Shown: positions 10,305 through 21,201, counted from the first letter of the stretch. The stretch: 64,000 bases of DNA from an uncultured delta proteobacterium (GCA_963753325.1 CAVWBS010000001.1:2802553-2866552), one strand, 5' to 3'. Notes: generated by a model from the sequence alone, not told the origin. Made by a program: numbers and translations.

Positions 10305-10333
10305 ACGCTAGTGCCGGTGCGTAGGGGTGTCAA
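10305..10333 (-). promoter_or_regulatory. sigma70-type promoter upstream of the htpX operon
   Basis: Minus strand TTGACA-N17-TAGCGT. Confidence 0.6.
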
Positions 10334-11216
10334 GATGACCGGCCGTCGTGAGCCGCGTCAGCACGCGCGCGCGGGTATCCTCGTCGCGCCGGCCGGCGAA
10401 CACGAGCGGCGCCAGGTCGTCCGCGAGGGGGCGCCAGCGTGCGGGGCGCGTCGGACCGAAGAGGACGACGCCGCGGCAGCCGAGCAGCGCCGCGAGATGA
10501 CTGATGCCGGAATCGTTGCCGACGTAGCGCGGCACGGCCGCGAGCAGCCGCGCGACCTGCCGGAGCTCGAGGCCGGTGACGATCTCGTGTCCGCTGTCGT
10601 GCCAGTCGGGCGCCTCCCCCTCCTCGGCGGGTCCGAGGAGTACGGTCGCCTCCCCTCCGCGCACGCGCCACGCGTCGGCGAGCGCGCGGAAGCCGCCGGC
10701 CGCCCAGCGCTTCGCCGCTCCGCCCGCCCCAGGATGAAGGACGAGCGCCCGCGGCCGGCGGCGCACGCCCTCCTCCCAGGCGGATGGAATCGCCGGACGG
10801 AGGGGCGTCACGCCGAGCATCGCCGCATACGCCGCACCGGCGTGCGGCCCGCTCGCGCCCCGCTCGACGTGCAGCCGACGAGCCGTGGCGATGCCGAGCG
10901 CGCGCGCGTGGCACGCGAGCGTCGCAGGGTCGCCGAGCCACGCATCGAGACGCGCGGCGCCACGGAGCCACGCGGCGACCCCGGGATCGACCACGGCGCC
11001 GAACAGCGTCGCCATCGCGGCGCCGTCCGCCGGCGGACCCATGGTGCCGGGAAAGAGGTCGCGTGCCAGCGGCTCCAGCGCGCGCGGCACGCTCAGCGCG
11101 ACCGTCGCCTGCGTCCGCAGCGCGGCGATCGACGGTGCGAGCAGGAGAAAATCCCCGAGCGCGCCGGCGAAGACCAGGACGATGCGGCCGCCGCCGCGGG
11201 CATGGACCTCGTTCAC
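10308..11216 (-). CDS. Glycosyltransferase family 9 (heptosyltransferase-like)
   Basis: GALGDFLL, LHPGAG..KRW, VGNDSGISHLAA, LFGPT.P.RWRP. Confidence 0.85.
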   Translation of the reverse strand: MNEVHARGGGRIVLVFAGALGDFLLLAPSIAALRTQATVALSVPRALEPLARDLFPGTMGPPADGAAMATLFGAVVDPGVAAWLRGAARLDAWLGDPATLACHARALGIATARRLHVERGASGPHAGAAYAAMLGVTPLRPAIPSAWEEGVRRRPRALVLHPGAGGAAKRWAAGGFRALADAWRVRGGEATVLLGPAEEGEAPDWHDSGHEIVTGLELRQVARLLAAVPRYVGNDSGISHLAALLGCRGVVLFGPTRPARWRPLADDLAPLVFAGRRDEDTRARVLTRLTTAGHLDTPTHRH

Positions 11217-11217
11217 G

Positions 11218-11247
11218 TTGACTCTCCTTCCGGGGCGCCGATATCAT
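11218..11247 (+). promoter_or_regulatory. sigma70-type promoter for cysK-larE
   Basis: TTGACT-N18-TATCAT, 10 nt before the ATG at 11258. Confidence 0.5.
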
Positions 11248-11257
11248 CTTGCTCTCC

Positions 11258-12196
11258 ATGTCATCCACCGCCATGGTCGCCGATTCGGTCCTCGATCTGA
11301 TCTCGGCGACGCCCGTCGTGCGGCTGCAGCGCATGGTTCCGGAGGGGAGCGCCGCCGTCTGGGCGAAGCTCGAGTCGTTCAATCCGGGTGGCAGCGTCAA
11401 GGATCGCATCTGCCTCGGGATGATCGAGAGCGCGGAGCGGGAGGGGCGCCTGAAGCCGGGCGCGACGATCATCGAGCCGACGAGCGGCAACACCGGGATC
11501 GGACTCGCGCTGGTGTGCGCCGTCCGCGGCTACAAGCTCATCCTCACCATGCCCGACACCATGAGCGAGGAGCGGCGCAGCCTGCTGAACGCCTATGGCG
11601 CCACCATGATCCTCACGCCGGACACGAAGGGCATGCACGGCGCGATCCGCAAGGCCGAGCAGATCCGCGGCGAGCACCCCGACTATTTCATGCCGCAGCA
11701 GTTCGCGAACCCCGCCAATCCCGAGGTGCACCGTCGGACGACGGCGCCCGAGCTGTTGCGGCAGTTCGCGCGCATCGACGCGTTCGTCGCCGGCGTCGGC
11801 ACCGGCGGCACGATCACCGGCGTCGGCGAGGTGCTGAAGGCGCGCCGGCCGGGCGTGCGGATCGTCGCCGTCGAGCCGGCCGCCTCGCCGGTGCTGGCGG
11901 GCGGCGAGCCGGGCTTCCACAAAATCCAGGGGATCGGCGCCGGCTTCGTTCCGCCGATCCTCAACACCGCGATCTACGACGAGGTCATCGGCGTCAGCGA
12001 CGAGGACGCCACCCTCTGCACCCGGCGTCTGGCGCGCGAGGAGGGCATCCTCGTCGGCATCTCCGCCGGCGCCGCGTGTGCCGCGGCGCTCGCCGTCGCC
12101 CGCACGCTGCCGCCGCAGGCGACCGTGGTCACGATGTTCCCGGACACCGGGGAGCGCTACCTGACCACGGATCTCTTCCACGCCGCGGGGATCTGA
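11258..12196 (+). CDS. cysK: Cysteine synthase A (O-acetylserine sulfhydrylase)
   Basis: [51 protein letters not shown]. Confidence 0.95.
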   Translation: MSSTAMVADSVLDLISATPVVRLQRMVPEGSAAVWAKLESFNPGGSVKDRICLGMIESAEREGRLKPGATIIEPTSGNTGIGLALVCAVRGYKLILTMPDTMSEERRSLLNAYGATMILTPDTKGMHGAIRKAEQIRGEHPDYFMPQQFANPANPEVHRRTTAPELLRQFARIDAFVAGVGTGGTITGVGEVLKARRPGVRIVAVEPAASPVLAGGEPGFHKIQGIGAGFVPPILNTAIYDEVIGVSDEDATLCTRRLAREEGILVGISAGAACAAALAVARTLPPQATVVTMFPDTGERYLTTDLFHAAGI

Positions 12197-12202
12197 GCCG
12201 CG

Positions 12203-13057
12203 ATGGACCCGCGACCTGTTCTCGAGCCGGCGCTCACCGCCAAGCTGACGGACCTACGGACCATCCTGGCGGCCCTGCCGAGCGCGCTCGTCGCGGTGTC
12301 GGGGGGAGTCGACTCGTCGTTTCTCCTGCGGGTCGCCCACGAGGTGCTGGGCGACCGCCTGAGCGCGCTCACGACGGTCTCGCCGACCAACCCGGAGGAG
12401 GACACGGCGGCCGCGGCCACGCTCGCGCGTGCGCTCGGCGTCGAGCATCTGGTCATCGATGCGAACGAGCTGGAGATCCCCGGATACGCCGCCAATCCCG
12501 TCGACCGCTGCTACCTCTGCAAGGATCGCCTCTACGACATCTGCGCGGAGCGCGCCTCGGCCCGCGGCCGGGCGGCGATTCTCGACGGCGTGAACCTCGA
12601 CGATCTCGGCGATTACCGCCCCGGGCTGCGCGCCGCCGAGGAGCACGGCGTGCGCCATCCACTCGTCGAGGCCGGCCTGCGCAAGGCCGAGCTGCGCGCG
12701 ATCAGCCGCGCGCTCGGCCTCTCGACGTGGGACAAGCCGGCGAGCCCGTGCCTCTCGTCGCGATTTCCATACGGCTCCGCGATCACCGTGGATGGCTTGC
12801 GGCAGGTCGCCGCGGCGGAGCGGGCGATCCGCGCCCTCGGCTTCCGTGAGGTCCGCGTGCGCGCCCACGGAGCGATCGCGCGCATCGAGCTTCCGGTCGA
12901 CGAGCTCGGCCGCCTCGCCGATCCGGCGCTGCGGGCGGCCGCGGTGCGCGGCGTGCGCGCGGCAGGCTTCCGCCACGTCACGCTCGATCTCGAGGGATTC
13001 CGCTCCGGCAGCTTGAACGACGGTGTCGCCCCGACAGCGGACCCGCGCCGTTCCTGA
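12203..13057 (+). CDS. larE: LarE-family ATP-dependent sulfur transferase (PP-loop)
   Basis: SGGVDS PP-loop, RCYLCK, DG.N.DD..DYRPG, KPASPCLSSRFPYG, RVRAHG, GFRSGS. Confidence 0.9.
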   Translation: MDPRPVLEPALTAKLTDLRTILAALPSALVAVSGGVDSSFLLRVAHEVLGDRLSALTTVSPTNPEEDTAAAATLARALGVEHLVIDANELEIPGYAANPVDRCYLCKDRLYDICAERASARGRAAILDGVNLDDLGDYRPGLRAAEEHGVRHPLVEAGLRKAELRAISRALGLSTWDKPASPCLSSRFPYGSAITVDGLRQVAAAERAIRALGFREVRVRAHGAIARIELPVDELGRLADPALRAAAVRGVRAAGFRHVTLDLEGFRSGSLNDGVAPTADPRRS

Positions 13058-13083
13058 GCCGGCCGCTCCCGTACGCCCGACGC

Positions 13084-13770
13084 TCAGAGACGGAGGTGCG
13101 GAAACCCGGCGACGATCGCCTCCGCCCACGCGAGATCGTCCGGGGTCGTGATCTTGCGGTTCAGGTGGCTTCCCGCCACGAGGCGCACGGGGAGACCCAG
13201 GCGCTCCACCAGCGCCGACTCGTCGGTGCCGACGAAGCCGAGCCGCGCCGCCTCGAGATGCGCGCGCCGCAGCACGTCGGCGCGGAACACCTGCGGGGTC
13301 TGCGCCAGCCACAGATCGTCGCGTGGAACCGTCGCCGTGACGCTGCCGCCCGCCGCCCGCTTGACGGTGTCGGCGACCGGCGTCGCCAGCACCGCGGCGC
13401 CGCCCGCGCGTGCCGCGCTCACGCACGCGGCGACCGCCGCGGGCTCGACCAGCGGTCGCACGGCGTCGTGGACGACGACGATCTCGCAGCGCTCGTCGAT
13501 CGCGGCGAGGCCCGACGCCACGGAATGCTGGCGCTCGGCCCCGGCGTCCGCCAGCCGCAGAGGCAGCGCGAGCGGCGCGAGGAGCGCGTCGCAGCGCCCA
13601 TGCTCCTCGGGTGGCGCGACGACGACGAACGACGCCACGTCGGGCAGGGTCGCGAGCCGGCGCGCCGACCACACGAGGAGCGGCGTACCGGCGAGCGGGA
13701 GGAACTGCTTCGCGAGCGCCCCCCCGAAGCGGCGGCCGCGGCCGCCCGCGACGAGCACGATGCCGATCAC
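13084..13770 (-). CDS. ispD: 2-C-methyl-D-erythritol 4-phosphate cytidylyltransferase
   Basis: AGG.G.RFG...KQF, RQHSV, VHDAVRP, AQTPQVF, TDES, KITTPDDL. Confidence 0.93.
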   Translation of the reverse strand: MIGIVLVAGGRGRRFGGALAKQFLPLAGTPLLVWSARRLATLPDVASFVVVAPPEEHGRCDALLAPLALPLRLADAGAERQHSVASGLAAIDERCEIVVVHDAVRPLVEPAAVAACVSAARAGGAAVLATPVADTVKRAAGGSVTATVPRDDLWLAQTPQVFRADVLRRAHLEAARLGFVGTDESALVERLGLPVRLVAGSHLNRKITTPDDLAWAEAIVAGFPHLRL

Positions 13771-13785
13771 GGGGGAACGTGCGGG

Positions 13786-13815
13786 AAAAAAAAGGCCGCG
13801 CGCGAGCCCGGCCTC
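13786..13815 (-). terminator. Intrinsic terminator after carD/cdnL
   Basis: Minus strand AGGCCG-N10-CGGCCT hairpin running into a T8 tract. Confidence 0.7.
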
Positions 13816-13849
13816 GTGATGGTGTCCGTCGCGAGCACCGGGTGCGAGG

Positions 13850-14341
13850 TCAATGCGCGAAGATCGTCTTCAGCTCTTCCATGATCTTGTCCTCGGAGTG
13901 CGACTTCGCGATCGCCAGCTCCTTCACCAGCAGATTGCGCGCGGTGTCGAGCATCTTGCGCTCGCCGAACGACAGCTCCTTGTCGCCCTTCAGCACGAAC
14001 AGGTCGCGCAGGACCTTGGCGATCTCCAGGACCGATCCGGTCTTGATCTTCTCGGTGTACTCCCGGTAGCGGCGGTTCCAGGTCTGCTGGTCGATCTCGA
14101 CCTTCTTGTCGCGCAGGATCTTGTAGACTTTCGCGACCATGTCGCGGCCGATGATGCGACGCAGCCCGACGCTACCGACGTTTTCGGTCGGGATCATGAT
14201 CGTCATGTCGCTGTCGAGAATACGCAACATGTAGAATTTCTTGGCCGTGCCGGAGATCGTCTTGCTCTGGATGCTTTCGATGACTCCGACGCCGTGGGCT
14301 GGATACACGACTTTCTCGCCCACTTTGAACACATCCGACAT
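13850..14341 (-). CDS. carD: CarD/CdnL RNA polymerase-binding regulator
   Basis: FKVGEKVVYPAHGVG, TWNRRYRE, LSFGERKMLD.A..LL..EL. GGAGG RBS; conserved linkage to ispD. Confidence 0.95.
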   Translation of the reverse strand: MSDVFKVGEKVVYPAHGVGVIESIQSKTISGTAKKFYMLRILDSDMTIMIPTENVGSVGLRRIIGRDMVAKVYKILRDKKVEIDQQTWNRRYREYTEKIKTGSVLEIAKVLRDLFVLKGDKELSFGERKMLDTARNLLVKELAIAKSHSEDKIMEELKTIFAH

Positions 14342-14405
14342 GCATATCCTCCAATTTATGAAACAGACGTTAGCGCGTGTAGAATAGCGGAAAAACGAGG
14401 GATCG

Positions 14406-15338
14406 TCAATTTCCGGGCGGGGCATCGAGTGTGCCGATCCAGGCATTCACGTCGTCGATCCCCCGTGCCGTGAGCGCCGCCGCGATCTCCCCCGCGATGC
14501 GCGCCGTGGCGCGGGGATCGACGAACGTCGCCGTCCCGACCTGCACGGCGCGCGCGCCGACGAGCAGGAACTCGAGCGCGTCGTCGCCGCTCGCGATGCC
14601 GCCGATGCCGATCACCGGGATGGCGACCGCGCGCACGGTATCATGCACCATCCGCAGCGCGACCGGCTTGATCGCCGGCCCCGAAAGGCCGCCGGTCCGG
14701 TTGGCGAGCAGCGGCCGGCGGCGCTCGAGGTCGATGGCCATGCCGACGAGCGTGTTGATGAGACACACGGCATCGGCGCCCTCTTCCTCGGCGATGCGGG
14801 CGAACACGGTCACGTCGGTCACGTTCGGCGACAGCTTCACCCAGAGCGGCCGCCGGCACGTCCGGCGTGCCGCCCGCACGACCTCGCGCGTCATGTCGGG
14901 ATCGGTCGCGATGATGCGTCCCCACTCGCGCTTGTTGGGACTCGAGATGTTCAGCTCGACGGCGGCGATGCCCTCGGCATCCGACAGCGCGGCCGCGACG
15001 TCGGCGAATTCCTCGGGGACGTTGCCCCAGCAGTTGGCCACGATCGCCGTACCGCTCGTCCGCAGCGTCGGAAGCTTGGAATCGATGAACGCGCGCACGC
15101 CGATGTTCTGCAGGCCGATCGCGTTCATCATCCCGGCCGCGGTCTCCACGAGGCGCGGCGCGGGATGCCCCCGGCTGGGCTCGAGGGAGAGGCCCTTCAC
15201 GACCAACGCACCGATCGCGGCGAGCTCGGTGACGCCGGCGAATTCGAGCCCATAGCCGAACGTGCCGGAGGCGGCGATGACGGGATTCTGCAGCGTCAGG
15301 CCGCCGCCGACCTCGACGCGCAGCCGCGGTGGCGCCGT
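14406..15338 (-). CDS. pyrD: Dihydroorotate dehydrogenase (class 1B) catalytic subunit; start codon unclear
   Basis: In-frame NPVIAASGTFGYG upstream of the ORF-track start; NAIGLQN, ELNISSPN, VKLSPNVTD, GGLSGPAIKP. No ATG/GTG/TTG before the conserved N-terminus. Confidence 0.9.
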   Translation of the reverse strand, partial: TAPPRLRVEVGGGLTLQNPVIAASGTFGYGLEFAGVTELAAIGALVVKGLSLEPSRGHPAPRLVETAAGMMNAIGLQNIGVRAFIDSKLPTLRTSGTAIVANCWGNVPEEFADVAAALSDAEGIAAVELNISSPNKREWGRIIATDPDMTREVVRAARRTCRRPLWVKLSPNVTDVTVFARIAEEEGADAVCLINTLVGMAIDLERRRPLLANRTGGLSGPAIKPVALRMVHDTVRAVAIPVIGIGGIASGDDALEFLLVGARAVQVGTATFVDPRATARIAGEIAAALTARGIDDVNAWIGTLDAPPGN

Positions 15339-15339
15339 A

Positions 15340-15867
15340 TCAGCCCCGCCGCAGGGAGAGCCGCATGATCAACGCGTCCTCCCCACGCCCGTAGTAGTTG
15401 CGGCGCACCCCGACCTCCTCGAACCCGAAGGCGAGATAGAGGCGGTGTGCGCGGCGGTTGCTGCGTCGCACCTCCAGGGTCACGGCTTCGGCCCGGACGT
15501 CGCGCGCCTCGCGCACGATCTCGTCCAGCAGGACGGTGCCGAGGCCGACCCGGCGATACTGCGGGTGCACCGCGACGTTCAGCACGTGGATCTCGTCGGC
15601 GACGAACCAGCGGCAGGCGTAGCCGACGATCGGCTCATCGACCGCGCCCGTCGGGCGCGCGATCACGACGCGGGAGAACGGGATGCGCAGCTCCTGCAGG
15701 AACAGCGCGCTCGTCCACGGATTGTCGAACGAGCACCGCTCGATCTCGAGGACCTGCCGCAAATCCTGCGGACGCATGTCCGAGAACGTCCACCCGCCCG
15801 CTCGTCCCTGCGCTGCGCTGGAGATCGCCACGATCGTCCTCGTCGACTCCGTCCGTCCGACGGCCAC
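15340..15867 (-). CDS. rimI: Ribosomal protein S18 alanine N-acetyltransferase (true start may be later)
   Basis: IE..SF.NPW, EIHVLNVAVHP, LEVRRSN..A..LY..FGF..VG.RRNYY...EDALIM. Confidence 0.9.
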   Translation of the reverse strand: MAVGRTESTRTIVAISSAAQGRAGGWTFSDMRPQDLRQVLEIERCSFDNPWTSALFLQELRIPFSRVVIARPTGAVDEPIVGYACRWFVADEIHVLNVAVHPQYRRVGLGTVLLDEIVREARDVRAEAVTLEVRRSNRRAHRLYLAFGFEEVGVRRNYYGRGEDALIMRLSLRRG

Positions 15868-15894
15868 GCACCCGGCCCGTCGCCGCGCCCCGCC

Positions 15895-17274
15895 CTAGCG
15901 TACCAGGACGACCTCGAGGGTCTTGTCGCGATAGCGGTGGCGGAAGCCCCGCACCGGTCGCGCCAGCGCTATCCGCGTCGTGAAATCGGGCGGAAACGAG
16001 GGCGCGCCCGAGGCGATCTTCCGTACCTGCGGATCCCCGAGCTTGCCGTGGACGACGAACGAACCGTTGTTGAGGGCGAGCTCGTAGTCGTAGTCGGGCA
16101 TCTCGTCCGGCACGCCGAGCTCCTCCTTCATCGACGTCGGCGGCACGCGCTGCGGGAACTCGAGCCGCAGGAAGTAGCCGTTGCCGACCTCCTCGAGCCT
16201 GTAGACCTCCCCGTAGCGGCGTTGGCGGTCGCGCTTCTCGTCGAACTGCCCATCGTAGAAGCCGTCGAAGGCGATCGTGCCGCTCTCGCGCGTGTGCGAG
16301 GTGCGCGCGAACGGCACCGCCAGCGGCATCAGGAATGGGCCGTAGAACGCGGGGCCGAGCCGCATCTCGTCCGTGGGCAGGCCCGCGAAGAGCCCGTCGC
16401 GCAGCCGCCACGCGGTCTCGATGACCGCGATCGCGACGCCCCAGAAGATCAGGCTGTCGAAGCGCAGGCTGAAGACCTGCCGGCCGAGCACCACCGCACC
16501 GAAGGCGCCGAAGAGGATCGGGTAGAGAAAGAAGTCGAGCATCACGTTCAAGGCCGTGGCGCCGGCTGCGCTGAAGATCGCGCGATCGCCTGCCGCGTCC
16601 TCGAGCCGCCGCTTGGTGGCGTCGGGCAGCGCGCCGAAGACCGGCAGGAGCAGCGGTGCGACGAGCCGCGCGAGCAAACCGGACCCGCCGCTGCGCGCGC
16701 GACGCAGACGGTCGACCAGGTCGTCGAAGTCGTCGGGCAGCTCGCCGGGGAAGCGTTTCTCGACCTTGGGACCTTTCGCGGCCGGCGGTGCCTTGACCGC
16801 CTTCTCGACGCGTCCGCCCGGTCGTGCGGCGGCGCGCGCGGCGGGCGCGGGCGCAGCCGCGGGTGCCGCGGCCGCCGGCACCGCGGCGGCTGCCGGCGCC
16901 GCGGCGGCTGCCGGCGCCGCCGGCGCAGCCTCACCAGCGCCGTCCTTACGGAAACGTGACGGGAAATCGGGGCCGAAGGTCGTTTCCGGGTGCAGCTGCT
17001 TGGCACGCTCCAGAAGGACGCCCTCGGTCTCGGGGATCTTCGGGTCGGGAACGCAGCAGTCGACCGGACACACGGCGGCACAGGCCTCGTGATCGAAGAA
17101 ACCGACGCACTCGGTGCATTTCTCCGGAACGATGTAGAAGATGTCGTTCGAGATCGGCGGATGGGTCGTGCCGTTCAGCTCCCACTCGACGCCGCCCTGG
17201 TAGATGGCGGTGTTCGGGCACTCGGGCTCGCACGCTCCGCAGTTGATGCACTCGCTGGTGATCACCGTCGCCAT
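15895..17274 (-). CDS. YfhL-type 2x[4Fe-4S] ferredoxin fused to an Ala/Pro linker, a membrane domain and an Hsp20-like C-terminal domain
   Basis: CINCGACEPECP and CTECVG.....C..VCPVDCC; 3-4 hydrophobic segments; C-terminal beta-sandwich pattern. Confidence 0.8.
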   Translation of the reverse strand: MATVITSECINCGACEPECPNTAIYQGGVEWELNGTTHPPISNDIFYIVPEKCTECVGFFDHEACAAVCPVDCCVPDPKIPETEGVLLERAKQLHPETTFGPDFPSRFRKDGAGEAAPAAPAAAAAPAAAAVPAAAAPAAAPAPAARAAARPGGRVEKAVKAPPAAKGPKVEKRFPGELPDDFDDLVDRLRRARSGGSGLLARLVAPLLLPVFGALPDATKRRLEDAAGDRAIFSAAGATALNVMLDFFLYPILFGAFGAVVLGRQVFSLRFDSLIFWGVAIAVIETAWRLRDGLFAGLPTDEMRLGPAFYGPFLMPLAVPFARTSHTRESGTIAFDGFYDGQFDEKRDRQRRYGEVYRLEEVGNGYFLRLEFPQRVPPTSMKEELGVPDEMPDYDYELALNNGSFVVHGKLGDPQVRKIASGAPSFPPDFTTRIALARPVRGFRHRYRDKTLEVVLVR

Positions 17275-17494
17275 GCACTTCTGTCCTTTCTGCTCACGAG
17301 AGGGATGGCGCCTGCCGGAAAGCGGAACGCGATCACACGTTCCGGGCCGGTATCTTGCTTCGATCCGGTTGACCTGTCAACGAAATCGCCGCGTCGAGCA
17401 GGAGCGCGAGCCGAGCGGAAATTGGCGGTGCGCCCCGCGATGTGCTATTCGCCACGCGGCGTTTCCAGGGGGGGTGGCGGTGGGCGGCAGGTGG

Positions 17495-18580
17495 ATGGCA
17501 CGAGCGAGCGCGGTAGCGATGCTGGCGTTCCTCATCGCTGCGCGGCCCGCACATGCCGGTCACGCGTTGGTCGACGCGCTCGACGGGACGACCCTCGAGG
17601 CGACCGAGCCTGGTGCCGTGGTGGCGGCGGACCGCGCCCTCGATCTACTGCTCGTCGAGGTGGTTCGCGAGCGCATCGCGGCGGGGACGCTCCGCTTCAC
17701 GAGCATCGTCCCCATGACCGTCGTCGGCGCCGACGCCGCCGCAGCGCACGCGGCGCACGGTCGGCTCTCGGTCGGCGAGCTGCTGCAGCTGGTGCTGCTG
17801 AATCGCTCCCGGAGCGCGGTCGCAAGCCTCGCGCAGGCAGTCGGCCCCGGCGTGGACCAGGCGCGCGTGCGCCTGCGGCGCGCGGCCGCCCGCCTCGAGC
17901 TGCGCGACACGACCGTTCCCGAGCGCTGGCCCGCCGAGGCCTCCGCCCCCCCCGCTCGTACGACGATCGGCGATCTGGCGCGCCTTGCGGGGGCGCTCGT
18001 CCACGACGGCGAGCTCCGGCGCCGGCTGACGCTCGACGGCGCGCCGATCGCCGACGGCGCGCTCATCGTCCGCGCCACCGATCCGCTCATCGCTTGCGAT
18101 CTTCCCGCCGACGCGCTCCATCCGCCGGCCGCGTCGCGCCAGGGATCCGTTGCCGTCGATCCGCCCGCGGCGCTCGCCGTGAAGGCGCGCGACGGGCTGG
18201 AGCTGCTCGCCGTCGCCGCCGGCGGCGACGCGTCTGCCGCGGTCTGGCGCGCGCTCGACGAGGGATTCACGCGCTATCGCCGGATCGAGCTGGTGCACGC
18301 CGGCGCCTCCGTCGGCGCCGAGATCGAGATGAAGGGCGGGACGATCGGCCGCTTCACCGCCGTCGCCGCGCAGACGTTCGCGCTTACGGTTCCGCGGCAC
18401 GGGCCGTTCTCGCTGAGCGCGTGGTTGCAGCTCCCGGCACCGGGCGAGGCGCCCGGCGAGGCGCGTCACGGCGTCGGCGAGCTGGTGTTCGCGCAGGGCG
18501 GCCGGATCGTCGGCGCGGTACCGCTGGTCGCGCCGGCGGCGATCGCCCCGAACGGTTGGATCGACACCGCCCGACGCTGA
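17495..18580 (+). CDS. D-alanyl-D-alanine carboxypeptidase-like (peptidase S11 + PBP5_C) protein lacking catalytic motifs
   Basis: Signal peptide, ALVDA.DG..L, LSVGELLQ..L, TT..DLARLA, C-terminal PBP5_C-like GELVF....IVGAVPLVA. SxxK, SxN and KTG not present. Confidence 0.65.
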   Translation: MARASAVAMLAFLIAARPAHAGHALVDALDGTTLEATEPGAVVAADRALDLLLVEVVRERIAAGTLRFTSIVPMTVVGADAAAAHAAHGRLSVGELLQLVLLNRSRSAVASLAQAVGPGVDQARVRLRRAAARLELRDTTVPERWPAEASAPPARTTIGDLARLAGALVHDGELRRRLTLDGAPIADGALIVRATDPLIACDLPADALHPPAASRQGSVAVDPPAALAVKARDGLELLAVAAGGDASAAVWRALDEGFTRYRRIELVHAGASVGAEIEMKGGTIGRFTAVAAQTFALTVPRHGPFSLSAWLQLPAPGEAPGEARHGVGELVFAQGGRIVGAVPLVAPAAIAPNGWIDTARR

Positions 18581-18641
18581 CGCCCGGCCGCTGGCGTGCC
18601 CGCGGCCGGGCGTGGGGGCTCGCCCCCGGGGCGAGCGGTTG

Positions 18642-18929
18642 CTACTCCTCCGGCGGAGGATGCTTGTCGCGGTCGCCCTGATCCTTGTCCGGCTCGCGAC
18701 GCTGACCGCGTACCGCGGGCTCGCCGTGCGGTGACCGGACGAGGGCCTCGAGATCGTAGAGGTACCAGGCGTCGTCGACCCGATCGTAGCGCCACACACG
18801 ACCGGTCTGATTGTCGAGGACGAACGTGCCCTGCTCGGGAGCCCCGCCGAACACGTAGCGACCAGGGTCGAACGACCAGGCCGGCGGTGCTGCCAGGAGC
18901 ACCAGCGCGACCACCACACCGCGTATCAT
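18642..18929 (-). CDS. Small secreted hypothetical protein
   Basis: Signal peptide ending AWS; FVLDNQTGRVWRY; GAGG RBS. Confidence 0.6.
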   Translation of the reverse strand: MIRGVVVALVLLAAPPAWSFDPGRYVFGGAPEQGTFVLDNQTGRVWRYDRVDDAWYLYDLEALVRSPHGEPAVRGQRREPDKDQGDRDKHPPPEE

Positions 18930-19005
18930 CAGGACCTCATCGGCACCCGGATTTCGACTTCCCCCGAGAGGAGACACGGGTGCGAGAAAAGCGTGCCCCT
19001 ACTAG

Positions 19006-20775
<1,770 letters not shown>

Positions 20776-20917
20776 TACTTTTTCCTGGCGCGTAGCGGTC
20801 GAGCGATACGATTGTGTGCGCTGCGCGTGCGAGCCGCGCTTGCGGCATCACACAATTTGTGTCACACGACGACCCGAAGTGGAGCAACGCCGTGTGGCGG
20901 ACAAAGGGGGTGAAGGC

Positions 20918-21175
20918 ATGCGAAATCTAACGAGGAAGATGGCAGGAGGAGCGGTCGTCATGCTGTTGGTGTCGACGATGACGATGGGGTGCGCGAAGCG
21001 TGACTCCGCGGAGGCGATGACGGCAGCGCAACGCGCCGATGCCGCCGCGCAGCGAGCAGAGTCGGCTGCGGCACGTGCCGATTCTGCGGCCGGTCGCTGT
21101 GATGATGCGGCTCGTCGCGCCGAGGCCGCTGCGCAGAAGACCGAAGCGATCTTCATGAAGCACATGCGCAAGTAG
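20918..21175 (+). CDS. Alanine-zipper major outer membrane lipoprotein (Lpp/OprI-like)
   Basis: Lipobox TMGC, Ala-rich heptads, C-terminal IFMKHMRK. Confidence 0.8.
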   Translation: MRNLTRKMAGGAVVMLLVSTMTMGCAKRDSAEAMTAAQRADAAAQRAESAAARADSAAGRCDDAARRAEAAAQKTEAIFMKHMRK

Positions 21176-21201
21176 CGCGCGCACCTACGTAGAGTTCCAA
21201 G

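Noticed and set aside
16850-16930. GC-rich short repeats resembling a repeat array
   Set aside because: They encode the Ala/Pro linker of the ferredoxin fusion; no spacers, so not CRISPR.
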